The notes under the pieces were generated by a model. The model was not told where the DNA came from. It made no database searches and worked only from the letters and a program-made list of their open reading frames with translations. Both the position numbers and the translations under genes were made by a program. A stretch of DNA of 64,000 bases from the NCBI GenBank assembly GCA_963702025.1, contig OY969699.1, positions 608,001-672,000 of the forward strand. Reading direction: 5' to 3'. Of the stretch, positions 1-9,340 are shown piece after piece (the first letter of the stretch is position 1; each line of letters begins with the position of its first letter). The DNA comes from an uncultured bacterium. GTDB lineage: Bacteria; Babelota; Babeliae; Babelales; Vermiphilaceae.

Positions 1-105
1 ATACTCTCTTATCAGCAGTGGAGTTGGCCAGCTTTTAATGTTGCTGATGTGGCTATTGTAACGGGCATTGGATTATTGTTGCTGGCAGCCATTAGGAACA
101 GATAA
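1..105 (+). CDS. lspA: Lipoprotein signal peptidase II, 3' end (partial)
   Basis: Frame 1 reads ILSYQQWSWPAFNVADVAIVTGIGLLLLAAIRNR*. WPAFNVAD is the LspA catalytic motif. Not in the ORF track. Confidence 0.9.
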   Translation: MLSYQQWSWPAFNVADVAIVTGIGLLLLAAIRNR

Positions 106-795
106 ATGCATCAAGAGTTTGCGCAGCGGGTTACCAAAAAAATATCACAGTTATATACCGGCGTTATCGATCACATTATTGCGCCGCCATTTTGCGCGTC
201 ATGCAAAAAATTTTTAACGCAGCGGATGATCTTTTGTTTGGAATGCCACGATTCAATTCAACCGATTGTCTCGGTGCAGCTGCAAGTTACCAAACTGCAT
301 GCCATAACAGTGATGGCGATTGCCGATTATCAAGAACCGCTTAAATCATTAATCTTGGCAAAAGCGTGGCACGACATTATTGCCGCCGATCAGCTTGGAC
401 AATTGATTTGGGATATGACCTGTTTTAAACATATGCCGTGCGATTATCTGGTACCTATTCCCCTGCACTGGATGCGGAGCATAAAACGGGGATACAACCA
501 AGCAGAAGAGATTGCCCGGGTATTGGCGCACAAGAAAAATGCGCAGGTTACGCCCATACTTGCACGCGTAAAAAATACACCATTTCAATCATCGCTTGCC
601 TTTGATAAACGTTTGGGCAACGTGAAGGATGCTTTTGTTTTAAAAAATGCCGATCGTGAAAAATATCAGAATAAACATATTGTTCTCGTTGATGATCTTA
701 TGACCACCGGCTCAACATTGGCTTCCGCGACAAAAATACTCCTACCATTAAAACCGGCATCAATTACTGCTGTGGTTGCGTGTCGGGTTTGTTGA
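106..795 (+). CDS. comF: ComF family double zinc-ribbon phosphoribosyltransferase-like protein
   Basis: CxxC..CxxC N-terminus, PIPLH, RGYNQ, LVDDLMTTGST PRPP-binding motif. Confidence 0.92.
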   Translation: MHQEFAQRVTKKISQLYTGVIDHIIAPPFCASCKKFLTQRMIFCLECHDSIQPIVSVQLQVTKLHAITVMAIADYQEPLKSLILAKAWHDIIAADQLGQLIWDMTCFKHMPCDYLVPIPLHWMRSIKRGYNQAEEIARVLAHKKNAQVTPILARVKNTPFQSSLAFDKRLGNVKDAFVLKNADREKYQNKHIVLVDDLMTTGSTLASATKILLPLKPASITAVVACRVC

Positions 796-2221
796 TTACG
801 TTATTTACTAACTTCTCATAATTTTCTTGCGGCGAATTTTTTTCATAGCCGAGTTCTTTATTAATCATTGGATTTTGAGTGGGATCATTTTGCTTAATGG
901 GTTTTGGTGGGATTGCCGGCAATGGTTTTAAAGCTGGTGTTTCGGTAGGTTTTAAAAGGTTTGAAACAAAAGAATTCTCTTCTTTTTCTTTTTTCTCTGA
1001 TTCGGCTTTTGCTGCGAAGCGTTGAGTGATTTCATCTTCTATTTTTTTACGAAGTGCATCTTCCTTTGCTTTTTCCTCAGCAAGTTTTTTTACGAGTTCT
1101 GCTGCGCGCTGCTCAATTTCTTCATCCATTTTCTTCTTATTTTCAACTTCGTTTTTTAACTTTTGCTCTTCGGCAAGCTTCCTTTGATTTTCTTCTTGGA
1201 TTCTTTGTTCTTCATGAGTCTTTGGATCATTGGGTAAATTGTTAATCTGATTAGCTTTGGAGAAGGCGAGAAAACCACTTGCCAATGAATCGGTAACTTC
1301 TGAGAAAATACCAACAGGGATTGTGGAGTTAGGAGTTTGGATTTTAGGTCTGCTTAGCTTCATAACCTGTTGAGGGTTATTTTTTATTAAATAAATATAT
1401 AGATTCCTGAGTAAAATATTTTCTCGATCAGTTACTTTTTTAACAAGCCAACGATGCCATTCTTTTTCAGGATCTAAAATCAGTTCTGGATCTGTATTAT
1501 GCTTGGGATGCATAGGATTAAAATAAAGCATTCCGGTACATAAATCGCGCGAGTCAGAACTAGTTAAATGATCAATAGGGAAAACATAGTGTTTACTTAG
1601 ATAATGTATTCCTTCCTTAAGAATTTCTAGAGGATTCCACCAATTATACTGTTTAAGAGCTAATGCTTTTAAATCTGCTACGCTTACTTCAAGCTTTGAC
1701 TGGTTATCTTTGATTTCTGATAATAACGATGCTGATTTATCTTTAGAAAGATTTTCATCAAACGCTTCATAATCTTCAAGATGTCTTTTATGAGTGTTAC
1801 GTTTCCAGTTTAATAATCCCAATAAAATTGCATCATCGCATTCTGAAAAAAGTTTTGGTATTTCATTTTTCGCTTTCAACATGGCGCGTAAATCAGGATG
1901 ATCAGGATTTTTTGATTCGACGATTTTATATAAGATGCTACGACTTGTTATCATGCGTGGTATAATTTTTTTTATAACTTTTTTAGAACGATCATCAAGG
2001 CAGAGTGGGTTTGTTTTAGAATGTGTGGAATTATAACTCAGGGCATCATGATAAACTTTTATGGCCTTATTATTTGTTGCATAGCCAACTTGATCAATAT
2101 GTTTATTCAGTTTATTTATTAATGCTGAGAGCAATGTATTCTCGTCCGGATCTTCCATTGATAAAGATACGCTTGGAATAGTGATTGTGAATAGGCAAAA
2201 TAATATTTTGTGAACACGCAT
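764..2221 (-). CDS. Secreted hypothetical protein with coiled coil and Pro-rich tail
   Basis: Signal peptide ending SLS|MED, E/K-rich coiled coil, KPLPAIPPKP, AGGA RBS; 3' end overlaps comF. Confidence 0.75.
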   Translation of the reverse strand: MRVHKILFCLFTITIPSVSLSMEDPDENTLLSALINKLNKHIDQVGYATNNKAIKVYHDALSYNSTHSKTNPLCLDDRSKKVIKKIIPRMITSRSILYKIVESKNPDHPDLRAMLKAKNEIPKLFSECDDAILLGLLNWKRNTHKRHLEDYEAFDENLSKDKSASLLSEIKDNQSKLEVSVADLKALALKQYNWWNPLEILKEGIHYLSKHYVFPIDHLTSSDSRDLCTGMLYFNPMHPKHNTDPELILDPEKEWHRWLVKKVTDRENILLRNLYIYLIKNNPQQVMKLSRPKIQTPNSTIPVGIFSEVTDSLASGFLAFSKANQINNLPNDPKTHEEQRIQEENQRKLAEEQKLKNEVENKKKMDEEIEQRAAELVKKLAEEKAKEDALRKKIEDEITQRFAAKAESEKKEKEENSFVSNLLKPTETPALKPLPAIPPKPIKQNDPTQNPMINKELGYEKNSPQENYEKLVNNVINKPDTQPQQ

Positions 2222-2414
2222 GGATTTCCTTTTCTCTAAATGCTCTAACTTTGTTTGTCCAGTAGTCTAAGCAACTGTTTTGACTAAATCAAATTTTTTC
2301 TTAAGAATTCGTTTCTCTATGCTAACTGGCTTGATAGGCTGCGCATTTTCGGGTATATCTAAGGTAACGGTTCTTAATTGTTCAACTTTATTTCTGCATA
2401 GAAGGATTAATGCT

Positions 2415-3443
2415 ATGAAGACATTTTCATCCAAAATTGGTGCGCTCGCAATGGTTGGTTCACTTGCTTTTTTACCAAGTTGCCAATGGTTAAAAGATAA
2501 ACTTGGAATTACTAATCAACAAACAACCATCATGGCAGATCAAGAGGCCGGCTCCGGTGAAAAAGCGCTTGCATCGGCAGGGGGCAAAACATTAATTACA
2601 GTCCCTGAGTTTCAAAAACAATTTAAAAATCTTATTGAAACACATCCGTATGGTGACATGCTTGCTCAGATGGAAGGTTTAGAAAGAAAGTTCCTTGAAG
2701 GTTTAGTAAGTCAAAAATTAATGACTCGCTATGTTATAGAAAAAGGCATTAGAGATACTGAAGAATACAAAAAACAACTTGAGCAAATGACGCAAATGCT
2801 TGATATGCGTTTCTATCAAATGCAACATCAACCAAAAGTTACCGAATCAGAAATGAGAGCATTCTTTGATCAAAATAAAGAAAATATACCGGAAGCGGCA
2901 GTTTCTCGCGGCGGCGTTCCGGTCACGGCAGTTTCATTTAGCACAGAAGCTGATGCAAAAGCATTCTTAGAAAAAGCAAAAGGTAAGGGTGCCCAGATGG
3001 AGCAAGTGGCAAAAGATGAAAAACTCGCCGATAAGTTCCGTGATTTCAAAGTGGTTAATGCAAACAGCATTGGTATCGATCCGGTGTTGCGTGATAAAGT
3101 GGTTACGTTTAAAAAACTTCCAACTCTTGAACTGGTAAAAGTAAATGATAACAGCTACTTTGTTGTCTATGCCGGCCCTAAAGAAGAGGCAAAATATCGT
3201 AGCTTTGATGAGCTGAAGGGTTCAATAGAGCAACGCTTGACGGCTAAAAAACAAGAAGAAGAGCTTGAAAAAGCAGTTGAAAAGCTCAAAAAAGATTACG
3301 ATGTGGTGATTGATGAAGAGTATTTTGCCAAAAAAGACGGTAAAGCTGGGCAAGAAGAGATTGGTGAAGAACAATTAGAAATGGTAATGCCTGAAGCGCC
3401 GGCGCAAGAAGCCCACGCAAAACCAACAGCACGTGCTGCCTAG
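2415..3443 (+). CDS. PrsA/PpiC-like chaperone lipoprotein
   Basis: Likely start ATG 2415 after GAAGGA. Lipobox-like FLPSC, SurA-like N-domain (ITVPEFQ; VTESEMRAFFDQNKE), C-terminal SFDELKGSIEQRL. Confidence 0.75.
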   Translation: MKTFSSKIGALAMVGSLAFLPSCQWLKDKLGITNQQTTIMADQEAGSGEKALASAGGKTLITVPEFQKQFKNLIETHPYGDMLAQMEGLERKFLEGLVSQKLMTRYVIEKGIRDTEEYKKQLEQMTQMLDMRFYQMQHQPKVTESEMRAFFDQNKENIPEAAVSRGGVPVTAVSFSTEADAKAFLEKAKGKGAQMEQVAKDEKLADKFRDFKVVNANSIGIDPVLRDKVVTFKKLPTLELVKVNDNSYFVVYAGPKEEAKYRSFDELKGSIEQRLTAKKQEEELEKAVEKLKKDYDVVIDEEYFAKKDGKAGQEEIGEEQLEMVMPEAPAQEAHAKPTARAA

Positions 3444-3472
3444 TATTTACACTAATAATTTTGTTATACTTA

Positions 3473-3496
3473 AAGGGGAACCATGAGGTTCCCCTT
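3473..3496. terminator. Stem-loop between the two chaperone genes
   Basis: aaggggaacc-atga-ggttcccctt. Confidence 0.5.
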
Positions 3497-3516
3497 ATTC
3501 ATTACTAGGAATTATC

Positions 3517-4416
3517 ATGAATACCATTAAATCAGCCGCTTTTTTCCTTTTTTTTCCCTTTTTGCTCATTGCTACTGGACCGCAAGATGTTAAGCCTAAA
3601 AAGCTCATTTTTTTGGATGGGATTGAAGTGGTGTTTCGTGGGTCGGAAGGCAACGTTGATTTGATTACTCATACGGAATTGCTGCGTATGGAACTGGATG
3701 GTTCTCGGCCGAATTTGGAAAAAAAGATTGCCGATTTAGCGTTTGCCCAAGAAGCCAAAAAATGGCGTTTATGGCCAAGCCCCGAAGAAATTGATAAACA
3801 AGTGCAGATGTTGGCAGAATCAAATAAGAAAACACCAGCTGAGTTTGATGATCTTTTGATGACGATAGGGTTCACTCCGCAAGAAGGCAGGATGGCTTTT
3901 GCCCAGCTAAATGCAGTTAATTCATTGATAAATTTCAAAGTTACGGCAAATCTTATTGTTCCTGAATCCCAAGTTATTGCCTACTATAATGATCACCCTG
4001 AAGTTGAGTTGGCCTCCTATTATGTCCAATATGTTTTTGTGCCATTTGCCCAAACCAAAACGCCGGATGAGCAGTTAAAAGCCCTTGAGCTTCTTGCCAA
4101 ATCAGGCGATCGCAATGATTCTCTTTCATGGGAAGATCCGTTTTGGATTAAAGAGGATCAGCTTGCGCAAGACAAACAATTTATCACGCAACTTGCCGTG
4201 GGCCAGATAAGTGAGCCCGTTAAAGTTTCGACCGGTTTTGAACTGTTTCGTCTAATGAATAAAAAAGAAGAGCGTCTTAAATCTCTTGATGAGCGTTACG
4301 GCGAAATTGCAACAATTTTGCGTAAGCCTAAATATTCCGAGCTGATGTCCAGTTTTCAAAAAGAACTATTGGATAACGCCTCAATTATCTATTTTGACCT
4401 TTCAAAATATCAATAG
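3517..4416 (+). CDS. SurA/parvulin-like periplasmic chaperone
   Basis: Signal peptide; SPEEIDKQVQML, VPESQVIAYY, LAVGQISEPVKVSTGFELF parvulin C-terminal pattern. Confidence 0.75.
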   Translation: MNTIKSAAFFLFFPFLLIATGPQDVKPKKLIFLDGIEVVFRGSEGNVDLITHTELLRMELDGSRPNLEKKIADLAFAQEAKKWRLWPSPEEIDKQVQMLAESNKKTPAEFDDLLMTIGFTPQEGRMAFAQLNAVNSLINFKVTANLIVPESQVIAYYNDHPEVELASYYVQYVFVPFAQTKTPDEQLKALELLAKSGDRNDSLSWEDPFWIKEDQLAQDKQFITQLAVGQISEPVKVSTGFELFRLMNKKEERLKSLDERYGEIATILRKPKYSELMSSFQKELLDNASIIYFDLSKYQ

Positions 4417-4620
4417 GGCATATAACGGCTTACTCAGCCTTAAATTTCTACCGTTTTTGAGCAACTTAAAGTGCCGTAAAAAGCCGTGAAATCAACGGTT
4501 TTTGCCCGCGCCGTGATATTTCTTTTTGAAAATATTGATTTTCAATTAGTAATTTTGTTATGGTGGAATTAGTAGGTATATGTTTAACCTTTCGTTCCGT
4601 CCTTAACTAAGGAGATTAGT

Positions 4621-4752
4621 ATGAAGAAAAGAACGACACGTAAAAAGGTAGCCGCTAAAAGAGGCCGCCGCAAATTCAGCCAAAAGCGTAATAAGCTTGG
4701 CCAATTTGCTTCCACAAAAAAACGTGGTAAATCAGCAAAACGTAGACGTTAA
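4621..4752 (+). CDS. 43-aa extremely basic protamine/histone-like microprotein
   Basis: MKKRTTRKKVAAKRGRRKFSQKRNKLGQFASTKKRGKSAKRRR*. TAAGGAG SD upstream, strong hairpin downstream; below ORF-track cutoff. Confidence 0.8.
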   Translation: MKKRTTRKKVAAKRGRRKFSQKRNKLGQFASTKKRGKSAKRRR

Positions 4753-4779
4753 TTTAACGCTCTATGTTTTGGTAGATTA

Positions 4780-4818
4780 ATTGATATCTAGGGTCAGTGT
4801 TTGGCCCTAGATATCAAT
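4780..4818 (+). terminator. Long stem-loop after the basic microprotein gene
   Basis: attgatatctagggtca-gtgtt-tggccctagatatcaat (17-bp stem, one G-U pair). Confidence 0.6.
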
Positions 4819-4869
4819 AGTATTGTGATTAAAAGAGTATTAACCAGTAATTGCTGAAAGTTTAATGGT

Positions 4870-5229
4870 ATGAGAATTACACTCAATAAAAAGGCATTCG
4901 AATTTGCCAAAAAAATGATTCATGAACATAAATTTTCTGATAAGCATGGCCGGGCAGATCAAAAACATGCTCTTCCTACAACTGGTCAAGAGGAAGAATA
5001 TTTAAAGACTCATTCGTGGGAAGATTTTGGCCATTGGTATTTAGGTGCTTATGCCGATCGGCCCGAAAACAAACGGGAGCGCTATGATTTTCCTATGGGT
5101 GATTTTTCACTGATCCATCGCTCCGATTTACTGCATATCAAAAAAAAGGCTCATGAATACAATTATGATGATATAGCCGATGCGGCACAGCAATTAGTTG
5201 ATTTGATTGATAAAAAGACTGCGCACTAA
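4870..5229 (+). CDS. Hypothetical protein
   Basis: 119-aa ORF with globular composition (WYLG, YDFPMGDF). Confidence 0.75.
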   Translation: MRITLNKKAFEFAKKMIHEHKFSDKHGRADQKHALPTTGQEEEYLKTHSWEDFGHWYLGAYADRPENKRERYDFPMGDFSLIHRSDLLHIKKKAHEYNYDDIADAAQQLVDLIDKKTAH

Positions 5230-5243
5230 AAAAGGAGAAGAGT

Positions 5244-5405
5244 ATGCCTCGCCGTGCAAGTATTAATAAAAGAAAAGGACGAATGTCCAAAAAACATAAC
5301 CGGCATGCGCGCAAAGCAACAAAAAAGGGCCTTGAAAAAGAAAATATGCCGATATTTATAATCACCTTAGAAGAATCACCACGAACCACCAAAAAGAAAA
5401 AGTAA
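5244..5405 (+). CDS. 53-aa basic microprotein
   Basis: MPRRASINKRKGRMSKKHNRHARKATKKGLEKENMPIFIITLEESPRTTKKKK*. AAGGAG SD upstream; not in the ORF track. Confidence 0.7.
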   Translation: MPRRASINKRKGRMSKKHNRHARKATKKGLEKENMPIFIITLEESPRTTKKKK

Positions 5406-5418
5406 AGCAGAATTGACT

Positions 5419-5507
5419 CATGGTGAGTGGCCCGGAGGGCCGTATCGAACCATGTTCAAATATCCTTCGATACGAAATCTTTCGATTTCTACTCAGGATG
5501 TGTAACT
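5419..5507. repeat. REP/RPE-like palindromic element, family A
   Basis: catggtgagt...gtatcgaaccat...tccttcgatac...ctactcaggatgtgt; near-identical to 30690 and 45181. Confidence 0.85.
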
Positions 5508-5553
5508 ATTCTATTAAATACATTTTTTTGTTTATTTGAGAAAGGTACTCAAG

Positions 5554-5946
5554 ATGATGACATATTGTGTTGTATTGGCAGGAATCGGTTTCGGAATTTC
5601 ATTATATATGTATTTGCTCGAGCAAAAAGTTAAAAATGAGCCCACCTATAAACCGGTCTGTGATATTGATGATCGTATTTCATGTACTAAGGCAATGAAA
5701 AGTAAATATGCCAATATCTTCTATTTTTCTAATGCATTAACCGGTATGGGGTACTATCTAGTGGTAGGGATTTTAGCACTATTTAGTGCCAGCCATTTAC
5801 TGTTAATTGCAACCATAGCTGGATGCATTTGCTCAGCTGTTCTAGCTTATTTTCTTATTTTTAAAGTTAAATCGCTCTGCATTTTGTGTACCACGTTATA
5901 TATAGTAAATATTTTACTTCTGATTTTTGCCATAATGATGCGATAG
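5554..5946 (+). CDS. Vitamin K epoxide reductase (VKOR) family protein
   Basis: CDIDDRISC loop cysteines, four TM segments, CILC redox motif. Confidence 0.9.
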   Translation: MMTYCVVLAGIGFGISLYMYLLEQKVKNEPTYKPVCDIDDRISCTKAMKSKYANIFYFSNALTGMGYYLVVGILALFSASHLLLIATIAGCICSAVLAYFLIFKVKSLCILCTTLYIVNILLLIFAIMMR

Positions 5947-6122
5947 GAACTTCTTTTATTTTTTTTAATTTTCTTAAAAAAAGATTATCTGGTACACCTC
6001 TTTCGGAGATCTCTTTCTTATTATATTCGATGAATGCTATATGTTTTTTAGACACGTTTTAGAAATATAATCGTGTCGGAACGCCAATGGTGCTGGTTGT
6101 CATTATAATAAGGGGGATACCA

Positions 6123-7427
6123 ATGACAGAAAGAGCCGTGCGCAATAATTCACTCGAATTTTTATGGGGAACAGCAATCAGTGAATATCAGGTATCGGGA
6201 GCCGTAGGGTGTCCTCACAGTAACTGGGCCGATTGGGAAATCTTACAACATATCAGTGATGGCCCGCAGGGTGCCGGTGGCCAATTTTCTGGTAGTGCCT
6301 GTGATTTTAAAAGCCGGTATCATGAATATATTGCTGTAATGAAAGAGTTAGGCACCAATGCATTTAGATTTTCTGTTGAATGGAGCAATGTTGAGCCACA
6401 AGAGGGAGTCTTTTGCGCAAAAGAACTTAATTATTATAGTGATTTTTGTGATGCATTAATTAATGCTGGTATTACCCCAATGATTACCTTGCATCATTTT
6501 ACCGATCCGCGGTGGTTTACCAAAAAAGGTGGTTTTGAAAAAGAAGAAAATATTCCCTACTTTGTGCGTTTCTCACAAAAAGTGTTTGAAAAGTTGGCAC
6601 ACAAAGTACATTTCTGGACAACTATAAATGAACCGAATATTTATATGTTCCAGGGATATTTACGCGGTGTTTTTCCTCCGGGCAAAAATAATCCATTTTT
6701 AGCGGTTAAAGTTATTAGAAATCTTTTGGAAGCCCATACCAACACATACAAAATTCTGAAAAATATGGCTTATGGTGTACAAGCACGTATTGGGATGGTG
6801 CACCAATATCTTATGTTTTATCCCTATACCTCTTGGAATTTAGTAGAGCGTATACCGGGTTTTATGTTTAATCATATTTTGAATGCCGCAATACTTAATT
6901 TTTTTAAAACGGGTGTATTCAAAATTAAAATTCCTTTTTTGATGAATTATGAATTTGCTGCGATAGAAGAGCAGCCATTAATCGATTTTGTTGGTTTGAA
7001 TTATTATTCTCGTGTGCTGGTAAAAGCGCAAATGAGTATAAAAAATCCTTTTGTTCCCTCCTGTTATCCAGGGGAAATTATGACCGACATGCCCTATGCA
7101 ATTTATCCTCAAGGTCTATATGATGCCATTGTGGAATTATCCGAACTCAATGTGCCCATTTACATTACTGAAAATGGAATACCTGATGAGAAAGATGATC
7201 GGCGGGAGAAATTTATAAAAGAGTATATCGCTGAAGTTCAGCGAGCTCTCAACCAAGGGTATGATGTGCGCGGTTATTTTTACTGGTCATTGATGGATAA
7301 TTTTGAATGGGATCTGGGTTATCTGAAAAAATTTGGACTGTGTCATGTCGATTTCGTCACAAAAAAAATAACTGTTCGCTCTGGTGCACGCCATTATGCA
7401 GAAATAATAAAAAAAAGCATCGCCTGA
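6123..7427 (+). CDS. Glycoside hydrolase family 1 (beta-glucosidase-like)
   Basis: FLWGTA, RFSVEWS, TINEP acid/base, ITENG nucleophile, WSLMDNFEW. Confidence 0.95.
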   Translation: MTERAVRNNSLEFLWGTAISEYQVSGAVGCPHSNWADWEILQHISDGPQGAGGQFSGSACDFKSRYHEYIAVMKELGTNAFRFSVEWSNVEPQEGVFCAKELNYYSDFCDALINAGITPMITLHHFTDPRWFTKKGGFEKEENIPYFVRFSQKVFEKLAHKVHFWTTINEPNIYMFQGYLRGVFPPGKNNPFLAVKVIRNLLEAHTNTYKILKNMAYGVQARIGMVHQYLMFYPYTSWNLVERIPGFMFNHILNAAILNFFKTGVFKIKIPFLMNYEFAAIEEQPLIDFVGLNYYSRVLVKAQMSIKNPFVPSCYPGEIMTDMPYAIYPQGLYDAIVELSELNVPIYITENGIPDEKDDRREKFIKEYIAEVQRALNQGYDVRGYFYWSLMDNFEWDLGYLKKFGLCHVDFVTKKITVRSGARHYAEIIKKSIA

Positions 7428-7495
7428 TTTTCTTTTTATTCGATAATCTTTTTTATTAGTCTTGATGAGTGGTATATTTTTTACCGTACTAAAAA
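7426..7495 (+). promoter_or_regulatory. Duplicated intergenic/promoter segment, copy 1
   Basis: ataatcttttttatta..gatgagTGGTATATTtttta.cgtactaaaaa, repeated at 9341-9408; extended -10-like TGgTATATT. Confidence 0.6.
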
Positions 7496-7519
7496 AATTA
7501 GTTGAAAGTAAGGCAAAGC

Positions 7520-8110
7520 ATGTTAAAAACGAATCGAAAAACGGCATATCCTGTTGAGCCGCTCATTCTCAATCGCTGGTCGGCGCGCGCATTTTCACAA
7601 GAACCAATTTCCGATGCTCAGTTGATGACAATCCTTGATGCCGCTCGCTGGGCGCAAAATTCTTTCAATAATCAACCGTGGCGCTTTATCTATTCACGTA
7701 ACGGTTCTGAATCTTGGAAAAAATTTCTCGATCTTTTAGAGCCCGGTAATAAAATATGGGCACAACAGGCGCGCGTTTTGGTTGTAGTAATTTCTAAAAA
7801 AACGTTTGATTATGATGGTAGTCCGAGTGTCACCCATACTTTTGATACTGGTGCTGCTGCACAAAATATGGCCCTGCAAGCTGCCAGTATGGATATTGTG
7901 TGCCATGGTATGGAAGGGTTTGATTATAGCAAAGCAAAAACGGTTCTTAAAATTCCTGATGATTATAAGGTTGAGGCGATGTTTGCAATTGGCAAGTTAG
8001 GTAATAAAGAAGGCTTACCGGAAAAACTGCGTGAGCGGGAAAAACCGTCTGATCGTAAACCGTTGCAAGATGTTGTTTTTGAAGGGGAATTTGGCACTCA
8101 CTCATCCTGA
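7520..8110 (+). CDS. Nitroreductase family protein
   Basis: RWSARAF, AARWAQNSFNNQPWRF, FDTGAA, DRKPL; stop codon supplied by a repeat. Confidence 0.93.
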   Translation: MLKTNRKTAYPVEPLILNRWSARAFSQEPISDAQLMTILDAARWAQNSFNNQPWRFIYSRNGSESWKKFLDLLEPGNKIWAQQARVLVVVISKKTFDYDGSPSVTHTFDTGAAAQNMALQAASMDIVCHGMEGFDYSKAKTVLKIPDDYKVEAMFAIGKLGNKEGLPEKLREREKPSDRKPLQDVVFEGEFGTHSS

Positions 8111-8164
8111 GCTGGTCGAAGGATGGTTCGATACGATGCCTTTGGCATCACTCACCATGAACGG
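8101..8164. repeat. Family A palindromic element flanked by a 16-bp direct repeat
   Basis: ctcatcctgagctggtcgaagga-tggttcgatac...actcaccatgaacgg; tttgaaggggaatttg at 8078-8093 and 8172-8187. Confidence 0.85.
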
Positions 8165-8188
8165 AAAGTTATTTGAAGGGGAATTTGT

Positions 8189-8380
8189 ATGATGGATAAC
8201 GCAAAATATAACAAAGTAAAAGTATTATATGATCTGAGCGCACTCTGCTGGTTCATTGAAAAGCACGCACTTGCGGATGCAAAAAAGGCAAATGATAGTG
8301 AATGCATTAAAATGCTTGAGGAACTCAAAAAGGATCTTGAAAAGCAGATTGCTGCATTTGATAAAAATGCCTGTAAGTAG
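8189..8380 (+). CDS. Small helical hypothetical protein
   Basis: 63 aa, GAAGGGG SD, amphipathic helical composition. Confidence 0.7.
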   Translation: MMDNAKYNKVKVLYDLSALCWFIEKHALADAKKANDSECIKMLEELKKDLEKQIAAFDKNACK

Positions 8381-9308
8381 TGGACATGAAAAGAAGTTCA
8401 TTTTTTTTGCATCTGTGCTCTTGCTCTTTCCTCATGCCGATCACGGCTACGGGCTTCCATTTGTAGCTCTTGGCTCATCAAGCTTCTTAGACGGCGGTCC
8501 ATTGCGGCAAATTCCCGGTTGGTATTTTCAATTTTTTAATCAAGTCTATACTACACATCGGTTTTTAAATGATGAAGGGGAGCCGCTGGGTGGTGTTCCT
8601 TCACCACGGTATACGGGTTGGTTAACTGCTTACCAGCTTATTTATCTTTCTAAAAAAGATTTTCTTGGTTTAGGAAATCTTGGTTTTGATATTGCGCTGC
8701 CAGTAGCATTTTATTCACGAGTTCAACCGAATCAGTTAGGCATAAAAAGCAGTGGCAGTGGATTTGGTGATTTGCTTGTTGGGGTGTTTGCGCAAGGACT
8801 GCCGATTTTTCGGGGTGATAAACCACTCTATGTGCAACGGCTTGAATTTTCTATCTCTATTCCATCCGGCAAGAATCAGCTACCAAGGTTTACGATCAAT
8901 CCAGGTAATGGTGTATTCTTTATGAATCCCTATTGGGCAGCAACGCTTTATCTTGATCGCTTTTCGGCATCATGGGAGATTCATTATCTGTGGGTAGCCT
9001 ATAACCATCGCATTAACTTAAAGGCCGGCGATGCGATTTATGGCAATTATGCCCTGGCATATCAAATGACTGAGCATCTATTTTTAGGCATTAACGGGTA
9101 TTTCTTGCAACAGATTAAAGATAACAAACTCAATAATATTATTATTCCTGATAGTCGCGAGCGAGTTTTTGCCACAGGGTTTGGCGGACTATATACTTTT
9201 AAGCGCCGTTTTGCAGAAGTTCTACTGGTTAACTTTTATTGGGAAATGGCTGTCAAAAACCGTCCACAGGGTTTCAGATTTCTCTTGCGCTACCTGAGAC
9301 ACTTTTAA
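8367..9308 (+). CDS. SphA/MetA-pathway-family outer-membrane channel, paralog 1
   Basis: LGSSSFLDGGP, SGFGDLLVG, INPGNG, GINGYFLQQI, RERVFATG, C-terminal F; start uncertain. Confidence 0.8.
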   Translation: MPVSSGHEKKFIFFASVLLLFPHADHGYGLPFVALGSSSFLDGGPLRQIPGWYFQFFNQVYTTHRFLNDEGEPLGGVPSPRYTGWLTAYQLIYLSKKDFLGLGNLGFDIALPVAFYSRVQPNQLGIKSSGSGFGDLLVGVFAQGLPIFRGDKPLYVQRLEFSISIPSGKNQLPRFTINPGNGVFFMNPYWAATLYLDRFSASWEIHYLWVAYNHRINLKAGDAIYGNYALAYQMTEHLFLGINGYFLQQIKDNKLNNIIIPDSRERVFATGFGGLYTFKRRFAEVLLVNFYWEMAVKNRPQGFRFLLRYLRHF

Positions 9309-9340
9309 TAATTTAAAATCGCTCAAAAATTACGCAAAGC

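Noticed and set aside
5427..5633. 68-aa ORF starting inside the repeat, and 30334-30558 over the hairpin cluster
   Set aside because: Repeat-derived frames overlapping better-supported features
8386..8410. Possible phase variation at a T8 run (ATG 8386 would be in frame with T9)
   Set aside because: The current frame (FIFFA) aligns with the paralog (SIYFA) and an in-frame ATG exists at 8367; not resolvable without reads
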